From positions 1 through 64,000 of the forward strand of contig ADNK01000562.1 in NCBI GenBank assembly GCA_000320545.1: a stretch of DNA of 64,000 bases, read 5' to 3'. The stretch is from Bigelowiella natans CCMP2755. Its lineage: Eukaryota; Protista; Cercozoa. This document shows positions 29,557 through 43,191 of this stretch, piece by piece (position 1 is the first letter of the stretch; each line of letters begins with the position of its first letter). Under the pieces are notes generated by a model that did not search any database, was not told the DNA's origin, and saw nothing but the letters and a program-made list of their open reading frames with translations. Made by a program: the position numbers and the translations under genes.

Positions 29557-30978
29557 TTATGAGTGACCTTCGGACTGTCTATCGAGATATACAATATGGA
29601 TGCCGTTCCTGGCTTCCCTAATTCTTTCCCAGCGCCCCATTCTATGCTCCTGCGCCACTCCTAAAACTAAGAAGCGTCCATTTCGTGAAAAGCAGATTCC
29701 GTTAATGTATCCAACGACTGGAATTTGATGAACTGAGGAAAGTTTCGTGTCGTCGGTAATTTGCCACAGCTTCAGGTAGCCATCACTGGATCCTGAGGCA
29801 ATGAGGTCCGTGAAGATACGGCTGGCGACTGATGTCACCCACCTACCAGCATGTGCACGATCTCGTTTTGCAATAGGCTTCTTTTTCTTTAGGGACCACA
29901 AGGCAACGCTCCCATCCTGGCAGGCTGTTACCCATCGTCCGTCATCGACGTAGCGCACGCAATCCAACGCTGCCTTTGCGCCCGTTTTGAACACGAGCTG
30001 AGTCTGCTCGGGTATCTTCCATAGACGACAGGACTTGTCGTACCCGGAGGTTATAGCACGTTCAAGAAGGAGACTGTCCATAGACAATATATCGCTTTGA
30101 TGTCCATACAGACTCTCCACGTAAGCTCCGGTGGCCAAGTCCCAGACGCGCACTGTGCGGTCAGTCGAGCCACTGAAGCAAGTGTACGTGTTTTCACGGA
30201 AGGCCACGCAAGTAATAGCATCTCTGTGCCCTGAAAGGCGGTACTTTAACTCAAATGATTCTGTGTCCCACACCATAAGGTAGGGGTCCTCCCCCCCCGA
30301 TGCAAGGAGCTTGCCGTCCGTGCTCACCGCGACACAAAACACTGCGCGTGTATGGCCCATCGCGTTTCCTGTGTTGAATATGGAGCGCCTTTTCTTCGAC
30401 TTTTTTTTCTTTGTCTCTATTTGGGGAACAACCCGCTTGATGGTGTAGAGCTTCTTGTGGTTGACAATGTCCCACTTAATAATGGACCCGTCCTTGGACC
30501 CGGTATACGCTACGGTGTCGTCGGCAGAGAGACACACGCATGTGACAGGCTTTCGATGGCCTCTCATGATCTTAATAGAGAAATCTTCTTGCTTTTTCTC
30601 CCGTATGTTCTCGGCAACCTTCCTCTTAAGTTTACCTTTCAATTTTTGGGCTTCCCTGTGCAGACGAAGAGCAATAGGGTCCATATCCTCCGTTTCCTTT
30701 CCCTCATCAACAATGCCGTCGTCGTCATCTTCTCCATCAGCTCCGGTAAATCCTGTCAGTGTGTCTAAATGTTCTTTTGCCAGCCTCAGTCTCCTTTCGT
30801 CTGATGTTTCTTCAAAAAACTCATCATCATTGAGTTGCTGGCCATCTTCTCCGTCAGAAGACTCGCTGCCGAAGGAGAATTCATCATCGTCCACCTCCTC
30901 ATCTTTCTTAGTTCGCTTATTGATAGTGCCAGGCAACTTCATCCCGGCATTGCGGGATCGCGATCGGCCTCTTTTCAT
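29557..30978 (-). CDS. RRP9: U3 snoRNP-associated WD40 protein Rrp9/U3-55K, single exon
   Basis: 473-aa ORF: acidic N-terminus with ETSDERRLRLAKEHL, WD40 repeats (GHRKPVTCV, GHRDAITCVAF, YVESLYGHQ) and C-terminal GVAQEHRMGRW. Confidence 0.93.
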   Translation of the reverse strand: MKRGRSRSRNAGMKLPGTINKRTKKDEEVDDDEFSFGSESSDGEDGQQLNDDEFFEETSDERRLRLAKEHLDTLTGFTGADGEDDDDGIVDEGKETEDMDPIALRLHREAQKLKGKLKRKVAENIREKKQEDFSIKIMRGHRKPVTCVCLSADDTVAYTGSKDGSIIKWDIVNHKKLYTIKRVVPQIETKKKKSKKRRSIFNTGNAMGHTRAVFCVAVSTDGKLLASGGEDPYLMVWDTESFELKYRLSGHRDAITCVAFRENTYTCFSGSTDRTVRVWDLATGAYVESLYGHQSDILSMDSLLLERAITSGYDKSCRLWKIPEQTQLVFKTGAKAALDCVRYVDDGRWVTACQDGSVALWSLKKKKPIAKRDRAHAGRWVTSVASRIFTDLIASGSSDGYLKLWQITDDTKLSSVHQIPVVGYINGICFSRNGRFLVLGVAQEHRMGRWERIREARNGIHIVYLDRQSEGHS

Positions 30979-31538
30979 CTCGTTAGCTCCCAGGGCAGCG
31001 AGGCGGCGCCATTGTGGTGATGGGGTTGTTGCTGTTCTGGCAGGTGTGCTAGATATCGCAGGTGTTTAATGTCAGGCAGATACTTACCTGCGACAATAAA
31101 TTTTTGCAAGTCGCAGACTCGTCTTCGGCGAAATTTGTCTATAATAACCCCGCTGGTTCTGGCTGCAAGCGTGCTCATTTTACCCCCAAAACTTCGCAGT
31201 GGGTCGAACGATGAAATTCCGACCGAAAATATACGATAAATTGTCGTAGTATCGACGTGCTATTGGTAGAACATTTGTTTCAAGCGAAGAGATCCTTTCC
31301 GGGAAGTTGCCGAGTAAGGCTAATTATCATGGGGGAAATATCCACAATCTTATAAGAACCAAAGAGGAGGTGATTTCCTAGTAGGATTTCCTGATTTCCG
31401 TGTTTTTTGGGTTTTTTTTTTTCGGTGATGCCACTGACCTTGAAACCCACATCACACCTCAACGTGTGGTATCTCGCTTTGAAGAGGAGGGCGTCATATC
31501 GCTGTCCCTCCAGTAGTCATTCAGTAGATCATAAAACG

Positions 31539-34500
31539 ATGGCTTTCTCCGAGCCAATGCTAAGTCGAAACATGAGTGCCATGTTGCCGAAGTGGCCGTC
31601 TTCGATGCCCGTGAAAACTAAGCACGAACACTCGGTACCCATGGTCAAGCTTTTTCTCCTTGGAATTTGCCATTCTTTTCTCGGAGGAGTAACTCTCTGT
31701 GTGGCTATATGGAACAACGATGACGATAGCAGTAGTCCGGGAGATGAGGGCAAAGCACTGAATGTCGTCTTAGGGATGAGCGGGGCGATGCAGATCGCTA
31801 ACACGCCGCTGCTTCTTACGCTAATGACTAAGGACCTCAAGGTAGCTTTGGTTTCCTCTCCCTCTTTAATATCAGTTCTGGAAGTCAATGAGTCGTTTAT
31901 ATTCTGCTCACTCTTTATCTTCTGACTCGATCCGCGTCATATTCGACTGTAGAACGCACGGGACATTGAGGACTTCCACAGGGCATGGTTTTTCGGAGGG
32001 ACTTGGTACCTTTCCTGTGGAAGTTGTATCGAGCTAGCGATCATATTCGTCACAGTTCTGAACGAAAATGACCAGGAGTTCAAGCCACTTCTTTGTAGTG
32101 TCTACAGTAGCGGGCTGGGCTTCATCCTCCTGATGAGTAAATCAGAAAGCAGATAGCCAACTAATACTGCTAATTCGTACTAGAAACCATAAGTTTTCTC
32201 TTCTTGAATTGTGTCCATCATGACAGGCTTGATCGGTTCGATCACATTCCTCGTTGACTTCACATACCACACGTTTCTAGCCTTCTCATCACGGAAGACA
32301 GAAGCCATCCGAAGGGAGGTCCTCCGCATATGCTCCAGGATCTGCCATCTGTGCGGCCAATACTACGACTCTGATCTGTGGTCGAGAAGTAATGAGACAA
32401 ATGACAAGCGATTTTTCATCGGCTTGATCGCTGGTGTCGTTCTGCTCTCCACGGGCATCGCCAGCCTCGTGTTCCTTCTTGCATTTTACTTCAACAAAAG
32501 GTTGGATTCTCTTCTCAAGTTTCGGGTGCTTCGGCTTGTAAGCCAGATCATGACGATGGTCGTGTTGCTCGCGATCTTCAACTTTTCTGCACGTGGCTCG
32601 GACGATGAAGAGGATCATGCAGAGGATGAAATGAGAGATATGGAAGGCAGAATAATGCATGTAGGCGGTAGAAAAAAAGCTGAGACTGACCAGCATCAAC
32701 TTCGTCGACAAAGAACTTACATAGTAGGAAGGAGGGGGCTGACACGGCTTCAAGCAACGCTGTTTACCTTTGTCATTACGACAGCAGTGGGAGGCCTTAT
32801 GCTTTCAATAGATTTCATGTGATGATGACCATTATTTTGAAGGAAGACGCAAAAAAATGAAAACCGACGAGCTGCTGCTGCACACGAACACCCACATGAC
32901 ACATGTAAATTGATCACGCACACATCCAATCAGGTACGGTTTGCTCCCAGTACGAGCGGAGTCGTGGTTGTTTCTCCTTCCCCCTGTGACGGCCATCGTT
33001 GTATTATCGATATTGTTGGCAAATTTCTTGAGATATGACGATGATGATGATGATGGAGATCATCGTCATCACCACCACCACCCTCATCTTCACCATCTTC
33101 ATCGACAGCATGAGAGTAGTGGTGGACCTATCTATGAAGATGTGGATGGGGAATCAAAAATAGGTTCGTGGAGGCCACAAAGTAAAAACAACGATGTGAA
33201 ACAACATGGTGCTCCTGAGTTCTCGCTACCACCGAAAGCTGGGTATCCAGCAGAGAGTGACACCCGGTTAAGAATTTGACAAAGATAATGATGATGATGA
33301 AACTTAGGATGAAGTGACTCTAAGAAAGGAAGCAGCTAATTACTTCTTTTGCATAACATCCACATATTCAACACCAACATAGCCACCCAACCATTTTTCA
33401 TATTCTACACAGGCATCATTGGCAAGGGAGGAAAGGAGGGATCGTGATCTTTACCACTAGATTCCAGGTTTTCTTCCAAACTGCTCGTTTTCGCCATGGC
33501 TATCGTCGCGGCTACGGCGAAGAAGAAAATTCGCCAAACCGAATGCTCGAAGGCGGCGAAGACAATGAATCACATTCTATGGAGAACACCCCCAAGAGAG
33601 CGATCTTTTACACGTGCCTTCTCGGGTGCTCACTGTGCGCACATGGACTTGCAGCTTACAATGTAATTCATCATGGGGGGGGAGCTATTGAACAGCAACA
33701 TGGTTATCCGCGCCAGCAGGCTCTCTGGAACAATGTCCTAGAATGCGTTGTCGCAGTACTAATGTAAGTAGTAAGGAGGACCTCAAAACCTCATTAGTAT
33801 CAACTAAACAAAACAAATGGCTATTGAATGGGTAAGTGGGAGAGGGAAGGAGAGAAGTGGAGATCGGAACGAGTAGGAGAATGGCAGAATGGGATAGGAG
33901 GAGAGGAGGAGGGGGGGGAGGAGAAGGAGGAGGAGGAACGAAAGCAATAGCACCAACAAAGACCTATTTGCAACCAATCTCATAAATCATCATTAGCATC
34001 ACGCACACATACACAAATTTAAACAAACACACACTCACTCACTCACACTCACTCACACTCACTCACACACCATGATAAAAACCGTATTTTTATAACACGA
34101 TAAGCCGCTCGAAACCTGTCGCAAAATCTACTATTTCTTTCTGATCCATTGAATTAGGTATATATTGGTGATTGTGAGGCCTTTGGATGTGGGGAAGAGC
34201 TCCAAGCTCATCTTCCAAACAGTCGTAGTTATCAACTACATTGGGGCGGTGTTCGAGGACCTGGAGCACATGCTCCATGCTTTCGGCAGCTGTGACAGCA
34301 GCTACGATGGCAATAGCGATCATCACAGTAGCAGCGACCACCACAAACAAATACCGAATTCGGTGTATCTTGAGTTAATTTTCTTTGCATTATACTCCGA
34401 GTTCTGCTTGTTTTCGTTTGAGCTGTTTGGAAACGATGAAACTCGCATATCGGCCAAAAAAAGGGTCGCCAGGGTCAATAATAATGCCGACGACGGAATA

Positions 34501-34635
34501 GTCGATTCATCGTCATTTCCAAGAGGAGATGTGAGCAGAATTGGGCGCCAGCAGTATAATAACAACAATGCCTTTAAGCACCGAGAAAGCGTTCCAACAG
34601 TAAAAGAATTGAGACTTGGTTCCCAAATTGGTTAA
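31539..34635 (+). CDS. multi-pass membrane protein of unknown family, multi-exon
   Basis: Successive + strand ORFs (31407..31925, 32211..32822, 32941..33279, 33444..33767, 34165..34635) with many hydrophobic helices, joined by GT-AG introns. Confidence 0.6.
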
Positions 34636-35292
34636 AGATACTACTTCACATCGTTATTTGCATGTCCATGAGTCGATCTTTAGTTTGTTTAAATAATAAA
34701 TTGGATGAGCCGAGGTGCAAACCGTGTTGTCATTGGTAAATAATGATGTTTAGCGTCATAGCACAGTACAGCACATTCTAGCATCATTCTAGCATTGCTA
34801 GATTGCGCGGATATCCACGAATGCATTTATTATGTACGTAGGTTTATTTGCTTGCGAGTGCTGATGGATGGCTGTGCAAGAGCTCTGTGATATATATTTT
34901 TATGAACGTATTAGTTATCCGGTCTGCCATTTTATTGCATTGCAGTAAGACGCTACGATGCGGGATGTATGCTATGTCTTGTCGCAATGGCCCTAGCGGC
35001 TATGTAACAAATGACAATTCAAGAATTGCTTGCGTGCGAGTAAGTGCTCGCTTGCTTGAGAGCATGCAGCACCCGTACACATACTTCGGAAAGTTTAATT
35101 GTTTGACCAATGTACTCATGATATAATTGAATACCCACAGGCATCACATGCATTATGCACACTGTTTAACTTCATTTGTGATAAGTAAGAGTGGGAAAGC
35201 AAAGAGTGGGAAAGCAAAGCGTAGGAATCCCACACCCCTTGATTATTCTAGGTTTTATTTGCGATCACCACTGCAATGGAACGAGATGTTCC

Positions 35293-38200
35293 TTAAGGAA
35301 TACTGTGACAGTCGATGCTGCACGACCTCTTATCCCCGTTCAGACCATCGATAGTCTTTATTTCTTCAGGGGTGAGATCAAAATCGAAGATGTCGTAGTT
35401 TTGCTTAATGCGATTCTCGGAGGAGGCGCGGGGGAGGGGCACAACGCCGCGCTGCACCATCCATTTTAAGATCACCTGCGCGCCGCTCTTGCCGTACTTC
35501 TCCCCGATCTCGCCCATGATAGGGTCATTGATGATGTTAAGACGGCCACGTCCGAAAGGAGAGTAGCCCATCAGCTTGATGCCGTGAGTTGTACTAAAGT
35601 CGAGGAGGCGATCACGGGTGTAGTAAGGATGCATCTCCACCTGGTTGACGGTGGGTGGAATCTCCGCAATGGAGAGAGTCTCCTTCAGGTGTCGGGTGGT
35701 CCAGTTTGCCACGCCGATCGATTTCACTACGCCGCGGCGCACCATCTCCTCAAGAGCACGCCACGTGAGTGTCCTCTTGGCCTTGTTCTCCCATCCAAAC
35801 TGCTGTGCTTCAGGCTTTCCGGGAGCTGGCCCAGGCCAGTGAATGAGCACAAGATCCACGTAGTCAAGCTGCAGACGACGGAGGGATTTCTCTACCGATT
35901 CGATGGCGGAGCTATATCCCATGTCGTTCACCCAAACCTTGGTCACCACGTAGAAGTCCTCTCGCTTCATGCCACGCGACATAGCGTCCTTCAGTGCACG
36001 GCCAACGTCGGCCTCCGACTCGTACTTGGTAGCGGTGTCGATCAACCGGTAGCTGGTGATTGATGATGTTTCCAGCAGTGAAGAAGGGGGAGAGGGAGAA
36101 CGAGACAAAGAAAAGAAGAGAGAATGAATGAGCATATACACGCAAGTGTTTTTTGTAATCTTTTTTTTTTTAAATGTCCCTCATGAATGCCGTATTCGCT
36201 TCCAAACAAAGAACAACGGAAGGAAAACACAGCATGCTGTGTTGTTGTAGATAGTGCGGTAAAGAAAAAAGCGCCGAATAACATACGACAGAGTCATGAT
36301 CGAAAGCTGCCACGTGATCCATCATGCATCTGACCCACATAGTAATACTGCACTTACCCAGCATTGATGGCTTGTGTGATCTTATCATCGCATGTGAGCG
36401 ACCCGTCTTGAGCTGTGTGGATGAGGTCGGTACCGAACCCCACTGTGATGGGCATGTCGTTGAATTCCGACTTTGGAAGGTTTTCAGGATCTGGCAGCTT
36501 CAAGGCCTCGTGGACCAGGCCTAGTGGAGGAGGAGGAAATTATGATAGTGATGAGGATGATGAGGATGATGGTGACGGTGACGGTGACGGTGACGGTGAC
36601 GGTGACGGTGACGGGTTGCAGATTTAGGAGATTGACTCCACCATTATTATTACATCATGGCAATGGCAAATGGGGGGGGGGGGGGGGGGGAGTGAGGAGA
36701 GATCACGTATGCGCAGAGCGTCTATATTCTTTGAATAAGGAATCGGTGGCAGCAGTAGCATAAATTTGCTACCGCTACTACTAGCCGTACCTTCTAGCTT
36801 GGCGAACTCCTTCATGGAAGTGACTTTAAAGTCAGGTCCTCCGTTGGAATAGTCCTGAGTGAACCTTTGATCGGGGATCGAGCACACGTACATGCCGGCA
36901 GCTTTCGCACTCCATACAGCCATCGGGGAGTCGTCGAGGACCATCACCTGATAAGAGGGAATAGGAGGAGGAGGAGGAGGAGGAAGAGGAAGAATATGGA
37001 TAAGGATGCAGATTCGTAATAATTGGATGATGAGGATAACCGACGGGGGACCTCATGGAATCGAGCAGATGCTAGGAAAGACAATATAGTTTACACACCC
37101 ACTCCCTTCCCTCTCCCCCCTCCCATAACAAAGAGAACAATGCTTATTAGTTACCCGTTTGGGGTCTGCGCCCATGCGCTCAGCGGCTAATGTGAACATC
37201 TCAGTCGATTTTTTGCCGAAATGAACCATTGCATCATCTCCGGTGATGACCACATCGAACATGTCCATGATATGCTTGTGGTTGGACATCTTGCGATCCA
37301 ATGACTCGCGGCTAGATGAGGTAGCCAAAGCGATAGGAAATCTGCAAAATATGAAACATCAGCATACGCGATCTTAGGAGGCGTCGCATCTATCGTGTGT
37401 ATCTATTTATCTATCTATCTAAATATCTATCATCTAAATTATGCTCGTTTTTCCATGTTTCTCCCTAGTGCCAGAGGGTTTGGCCTCGTCCTCATTCGCA
37501 CAGCCGTGGTGGTTAAGGCACTGACCCTTTGCTCTTGAGGTTCTTGATGAGATCTTCTGCGCCTTCAATAAGGTTCAACTTGTCGTATTTCTCCTCCATC
37601 TGATAGAAAGTTATCGAGCACAGAAATGGTCAAGATGTTGCGATGATGATGGCGGCGACGCTGATCATGAAAGTCATCTTCCTCGTCACCGATGAGACGG
37701 GACAAGGAGGTCACTGATGAAGACTTGATTGGTTGTCACATACGCAGAAAGAAAGGCGGTGAAGGAAGGAGAGGAATATGGAGAGAGTGAGGGGGAGAGA
37801 GAGTTTGAGATATTCAGATGCAGCAGTAGGTGCTCTATGCTTATATGTTCGCACTTACGAATTCGTAGTATCTCTTGATGAAGTTATCAGGATCTACGCG
37901 GTCGAGAAGGCGGTTGGAGTCAAGGATGACCTCTGCCATTCTGAAGGGAAGAAAAAGACAAAAGAATAAAAGAAGATTTGTGCTTAGAACAGGTGGCAGC
38001 AGCAGTACATGCATTTTGCATTTTGAGAATAAACGAGGAAGTTTTCAGAATAAATGAGGACGAGGAACAGCAAGCACACCACGTCTTTCCTTCTTTCCTC
38101 TCATTTATTGAATTAAACAGCGTGCAGAGTGTGTAGTTGAGCGTAACGTTGATCTCTTGTGGATAACAGCGATCACGACAACGATAAGATGTTAGTGGTG

Positions 38201-38468
38201 ATGATAAAGAAGTATAGCATGAAGTACTCTTGAGTGCGAAGCCCCATGATCTTAGAGTGGAGGTCCCAGTTAACGCCAACATTTCCTGACTTGTTGTACT
38301 TCGCAAGCGCTTGGTTGAGGCACTATTTAAACAAAACAACAGCTTCAGAGTGTGATAATTGTCGTGTGAGCATATGGGAGGAAGTGTCAGGATGGTTTAT
38401 ATTTATGTTTCAGTTCGGATCCCCCCTTCCCCCGCCTTTCTTTCATATCTCTGAGTATTATAATAATT

Positions 38469-38512
<44 letters not shown>

Positions 38513-39016
38513 CCCCCCTCCTGTCTCTCTCTCTCTCTCTCTCTCTCTCATGTCATATAAATCAAAAAATAATAATGCTCAATAATTAATTATTATGTTC
38601 AATCTGGAATGGATAGTCCCCACTCTCTCTCTATAATTGATGACTGAATCTCACCTCGTTTGAAGGCCCTTCATAGTCAAGGATGCCACCGTCCAAATCC
38701 AGGATTACTGCTTGAATTGGAACCTGCAATGATGCGATAACCAGGAAATGGTTAATTTGAGGTCTAACGAATGTTGACCCTCCAGCAGAAATCGAGGGCA
38801 TATATCATACGACCACATTGGTACTATAATCTATCCTGTTCGCCGAAGCATACAAATCTCGCCGCCGTAGTCGTCGTCATCATCATCATCATCATCATTA
38901 TCATTTCTCACCCCATTCGCCTGCTTGGCCCTCTCTGTGAGAGCTTCCAGCCCGGACACGACCGATTGCTTGGTCGGCGTATCGACGTCTGCCGTTGATG
39001 CAACAGTAGCGTACAT
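35293..39016 (-). CDS. fusion protein: N-terminal HAD-superfamily phosphatase (HDHD1/PUDP/GPP-like, subfamily IA) plus C-terminal aldo-keto reductase, 9 exons
   Basis: HAD motifs I VILDLDGGILD, II IALATSS, III GKK and IV VLDDSP. The frame continues in phase via ...EFAKLE|GLVHEALKLP...MPITVGFGT...QAINAG|YRLIDTATKY...VTKVW...LIHWP, which contains the AKR D/Y/K/H tetrad, then NQVEMHPY. An alternative upstream ATG lies at ~39073. Confidence 0.85.
36571..36613. repeat. (GGTGAC)7 hexanucleotide repeat in an intron
   Basis: Direct reading. Confidence 0.9.
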
Positions 39017-41023
39017 CTTAGCGGACCGGTGGCTGCTGGGTGATGATTTGCTGTCTTGCACCCGACGTTGCATCACATGGGTCTGAGCCCTAATTAAAAC
39101 ATCATTTTTTTTTTTTTCACAGTTTGGACACTTATTTTCCAACCACCACCATCCTATCTTCCAACTATTTAATGCATGCATCCTTGCCGCACGCATATTT
39201 TATCGTATCCCAAACAGTGGACTTCAATCTTCACCGTCGCACGTCTACGCGAAGTGAATGATGTAACGTCTCTAGTGTTCCACGTTGATATGTAAATCTT
39301 TGGCATTTCTCACCTTGCTTGGTTAGCTACAAAGAGAGGCTTTCGGCTTGCAAACTGGGCAGGTATTCCCCCGACACTGCCGCATGATGCAGTGACAGTT
39401 CGCGATGTCGCTAATCCTACCTGCGCCTAATATTCAATTTATTTCATTTCCTGGTGGACCTCATTCCGTCGGGTATACCGACATATAAGCATATATAATA
39501 TGCGCATTCTCAGTAGCAGTATAGAGAATTAAAAATTATCTTTCTAAGTCATGCAAGCGTGCCCTTTTCGCACGTCGGACACAGATGTGGCTATCCTATC
39601 GCGCAGCTACGCGGCCTAATTGACTCTCCCTCTGACCCTAATTTTACGAACCTGTGGTTCTCTAGTAGTAATAACGGCAACTAGAAGAAGTGCAGCCGCC
39701 GAAACGAGCGCCGGGTACACGTAGTACTTGGGTGAGGCAGGGGAGGGACGGCCACGGGGACGTAACATCATCGTGGCTCACGATTACTATGACTTAGCTC
39801 GTCGACTGGTGAATACAACGACGACGCGTGTCTTCGTTCACTCTTAGCTTGTAATTACTGTGTGATTTACGTCGTAGAAACAAAAACCCCTCAATGCTAT
39901 GATCGCGTTGCTATCGAAGTCTACGTAGAGGTCTTAGTCGTACAGATCGAGCGAAACTTTGAGATTTTAAGAAGGCTGAAGCGCAAAGTAACTCTCACTG
40001 TCAAAACTCGAATTGTGCAATATTTTGTACGTCGCTTATTACATTGATAGGGCAATTTATAAATAATTTAGAATATCCGGTATTGTTGTAGGTGCAGAAG
40101 GCATTTGATAAGTTGAAATCTCTTGGTTTGTAGACGTCGTCGTCTGCCCGAGAAAAGAACAGGAAGGAAAACGCAGGCGGCTCCACTGCGGAATGCACTG
40201 CGACAGGCGTTTCTTCTTTGAAAATATCGTGCATTGCTGCTTATTTCTCTCATTTCTCATCCAGCTACGCATTTCCTCAACAATGACCCAACGGCTGGTA
40301 AGTTCGGTCTGCCCTAAAATGTCGAGAGTTTGTCCACAGATGTATTCCCAAAATCAAGACGTATGCAGTAAAAAGTAGAGTTTGCAACTATTTTGAAGGA
40401 CCGTATGTCTGATTCCTGCAAGGCATGTGGTTAATTGAAAAAATCAGACTCAAAATGTACGTTGTTCGCTGGAGGAATTTCTATCAATGATGTAGCATGA
40501 AGGCTACGAGAATGTTTAGACGCTTTACAAGCTGTAAACCCGATCTAAAAGGCTCATAGAAACAGCAAAAGCTGATCTGACTAACCTCTGTTGGAAATAG
40601 CCTTTCGGTACCACCGGGCAATGACTACTCCTGACATCAATGATATTTCCCTTAGAAACATACGTGTCGTAGGAGTTTTGTGCAATGCGACCTCGCTACT
40701 TCGCACTCAGGAATACTATAAATATTTTAATATTTGCGACATTCTCATATGGTTGACGCATAGTAAAAAGCGAAAATGAAACGGAGGAAATCCTAGGAAA
40801 TCCTGGAAATCCTCTCCTTAAACAAAATCGCAAGCGCTTCAAGGCAAAGATCGGAATCCGTGGAACCCAGTCCGTTTGAGTGCACATGAATGGGATATTT
40901 CCTGTCGCATAGTAAAAATTGGAGTAAAGCTGAGAACGACTCGTTCCTCTTTTGACATACCACGTCGATCCTGCCCATCCTCCTCCACAGGAATACTCAG
41001 GAGAGAGAACAGAAGGAAGAAAA

Positions 41024-41321
41024 ATGATGATGAACTCGTCCACGACTGCTTTGTGTGTTTCTGTTGGGACATCCTTAGTCCTCCTCATGCTATTAGGAGG
41101 GCAAAGAATGCCACCACGCTCTGAGCTGAGCCTTAGTGCTACGGCATCTCGTTCCAGCCGTCTCTCCCGTGTCAGCAGCTCCCCTCACGTATCCAACTGC
41201 AATAATGCTGCACTTTCTGGAATGAAGCGAAATATGCGTTCTGTCAATGTAGCTAGCGCCGCATCTGTTTCTCCGATGACCCTAGAACCAGCATTCTCTA
41301 CTGTAAGGGGTAAATTAGAAG

Positions 41322-41362
<41 letters not shown>

Positions 41363-42985
41363 CACATGCACATGCACGCACACACAATGCACATATGTGT
41401 AAATATTCATGGACAATTATGTATGTATGCACGTTGGTTTATGAAATGAAGAAATAGCCGGAATAATAATTTCTTCTATGATACGCGAACATCTAAGGCA
41501 CTGCCCGTGAGCAAAACGAAGATCGCCTTGCTGGTTGTGTTTCTTCCCCTCATACCCCCCTTCCCTTCTCTATATGTTTACATGTATATATATAAATAAA
41601 TAAATATATATATATATATATATATAATATCTAATGATTCTTCTCTAACATATACCACTAAACGTGTAATAGCTCTTTCTCTACCTTATTTAATCGAATA
41701 TGTTGTTGTATCTTGGAATATTAGTGGTGAAAAATCCTGGGGCAGCAGATGGACAAATTGAGAACTTCTTTGCTGTCTACGATGGTCATGGAGGTATAAA
41801 TCCGAGCAGTTTCCGAAAAAACGATCAACGCATAGAGAGCAAGAATTAATAGGCTAGCGAATGATAGCTAGAAGGCCAACGATTCTAACCACCATCCGTT
41901 GGAATCCGATAATCTAGCTTTTGTTTTGCTTATTAACATTTTAAGTGGACGCCTCCTAAGTATATTGCACTTAAAACTTCCTCATCAACATATCAGGCGA
42001 CGGGACTTCGATATGGCTTGTGGACAATTTCTACAACTACATCAAGGTTGATGCTGTTAGTGAATGCGTGTAATCTGTGGTATTCGTGCGTGCTTGATTG
42101 CACCTGCACACCATGAAAACGGCCGCGCTGATTTTGCTAGCTTTGAATATGCTGGTGAGATAGTATTTAAGAAAAGAATTCTGGTATTATAGCTGGGGAA
42201 GGATGTATTGATAATGATATCATCGCGCTATTTGAGAATTTCTCGAAGATTGTGCAATTAATTTTACGGATGCTACTACTACTGCTATTACCGCTATTGC
42301 CAGGATATGTGGAGTGCTACGGACCCAAAGTCCAGCATGATTCGGTAGTCGAAGAATTAACAACTAGTCTCAGAAACACACGCGTGCAGAGCTCACATCC
42401 AGCCACATGTGCATGAACGATAATCACGCATGATCCCCGTATCTAACATCATTGTTGTATTACCTTAGAGCCTTCGAAAGTGCTGACGAAGAAATTCTCA
42501 AGGTAGGAGTGAGGAGATCGTGTTCGAGTGATAAGAATGCTTTTTAAAATATGGCGGTTAGAAATCATTGATTGCAGTCGGCATGCTTTGGTAGCTAGAT
42601 GTTTTGCCTTTGGTCCCAACTTATGCCCTTGCTTGCCCCTCGCATCAATATGTCCGTCGGTTTTTCCCAGTACAGTTCAGTTTTTCCTGGAAATAACATA
42701 AATCATACTCAATGTTTTCATGGATTTTTGTTTTCTTTCTCGTCCTCTCTCATCACACACTGCCGCTGCACTATACATGCAATTTAACAGCCACGCGGGG
42801 GTGTATTCGGAATTGGTGCTCAACGAGGCGTCGGAGGATCCAAGTGTGGATCTACGGCGGCTACCGTTGTCACGTAAGAATAATAAAAAGCAACTGCTGC
42901 AATTTTGAAGGAAAAGAAGCAAATCCTCCCGACAGTATGTATGCGTACGGCGACTTTCATGTTACGCGTAGTGCCTGTCTATGTG

Positions 42986-43025
<40 letters not shown>

Positions 43026-43101
43026 TGATGACTCCTTCCTCCATCCAGTCAGTCCGCTTTGACGGGTTAGACGCATATTCATTGTTTTATGTGTTCCTTC
43101 A

Positions 43102-43142
<41 letters not shown>

Positions 43143-43155
43143 TCCCTTTCCCTCT

Positions 43156-43191
<36 letters not shown>

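Noticed and set aside
39860-40980. Short ORFs between HAD-AKR and PP2C
   Set aside because: No recognisable motifs or consistent splice structure; treated as a divergent promoter/UTR region.
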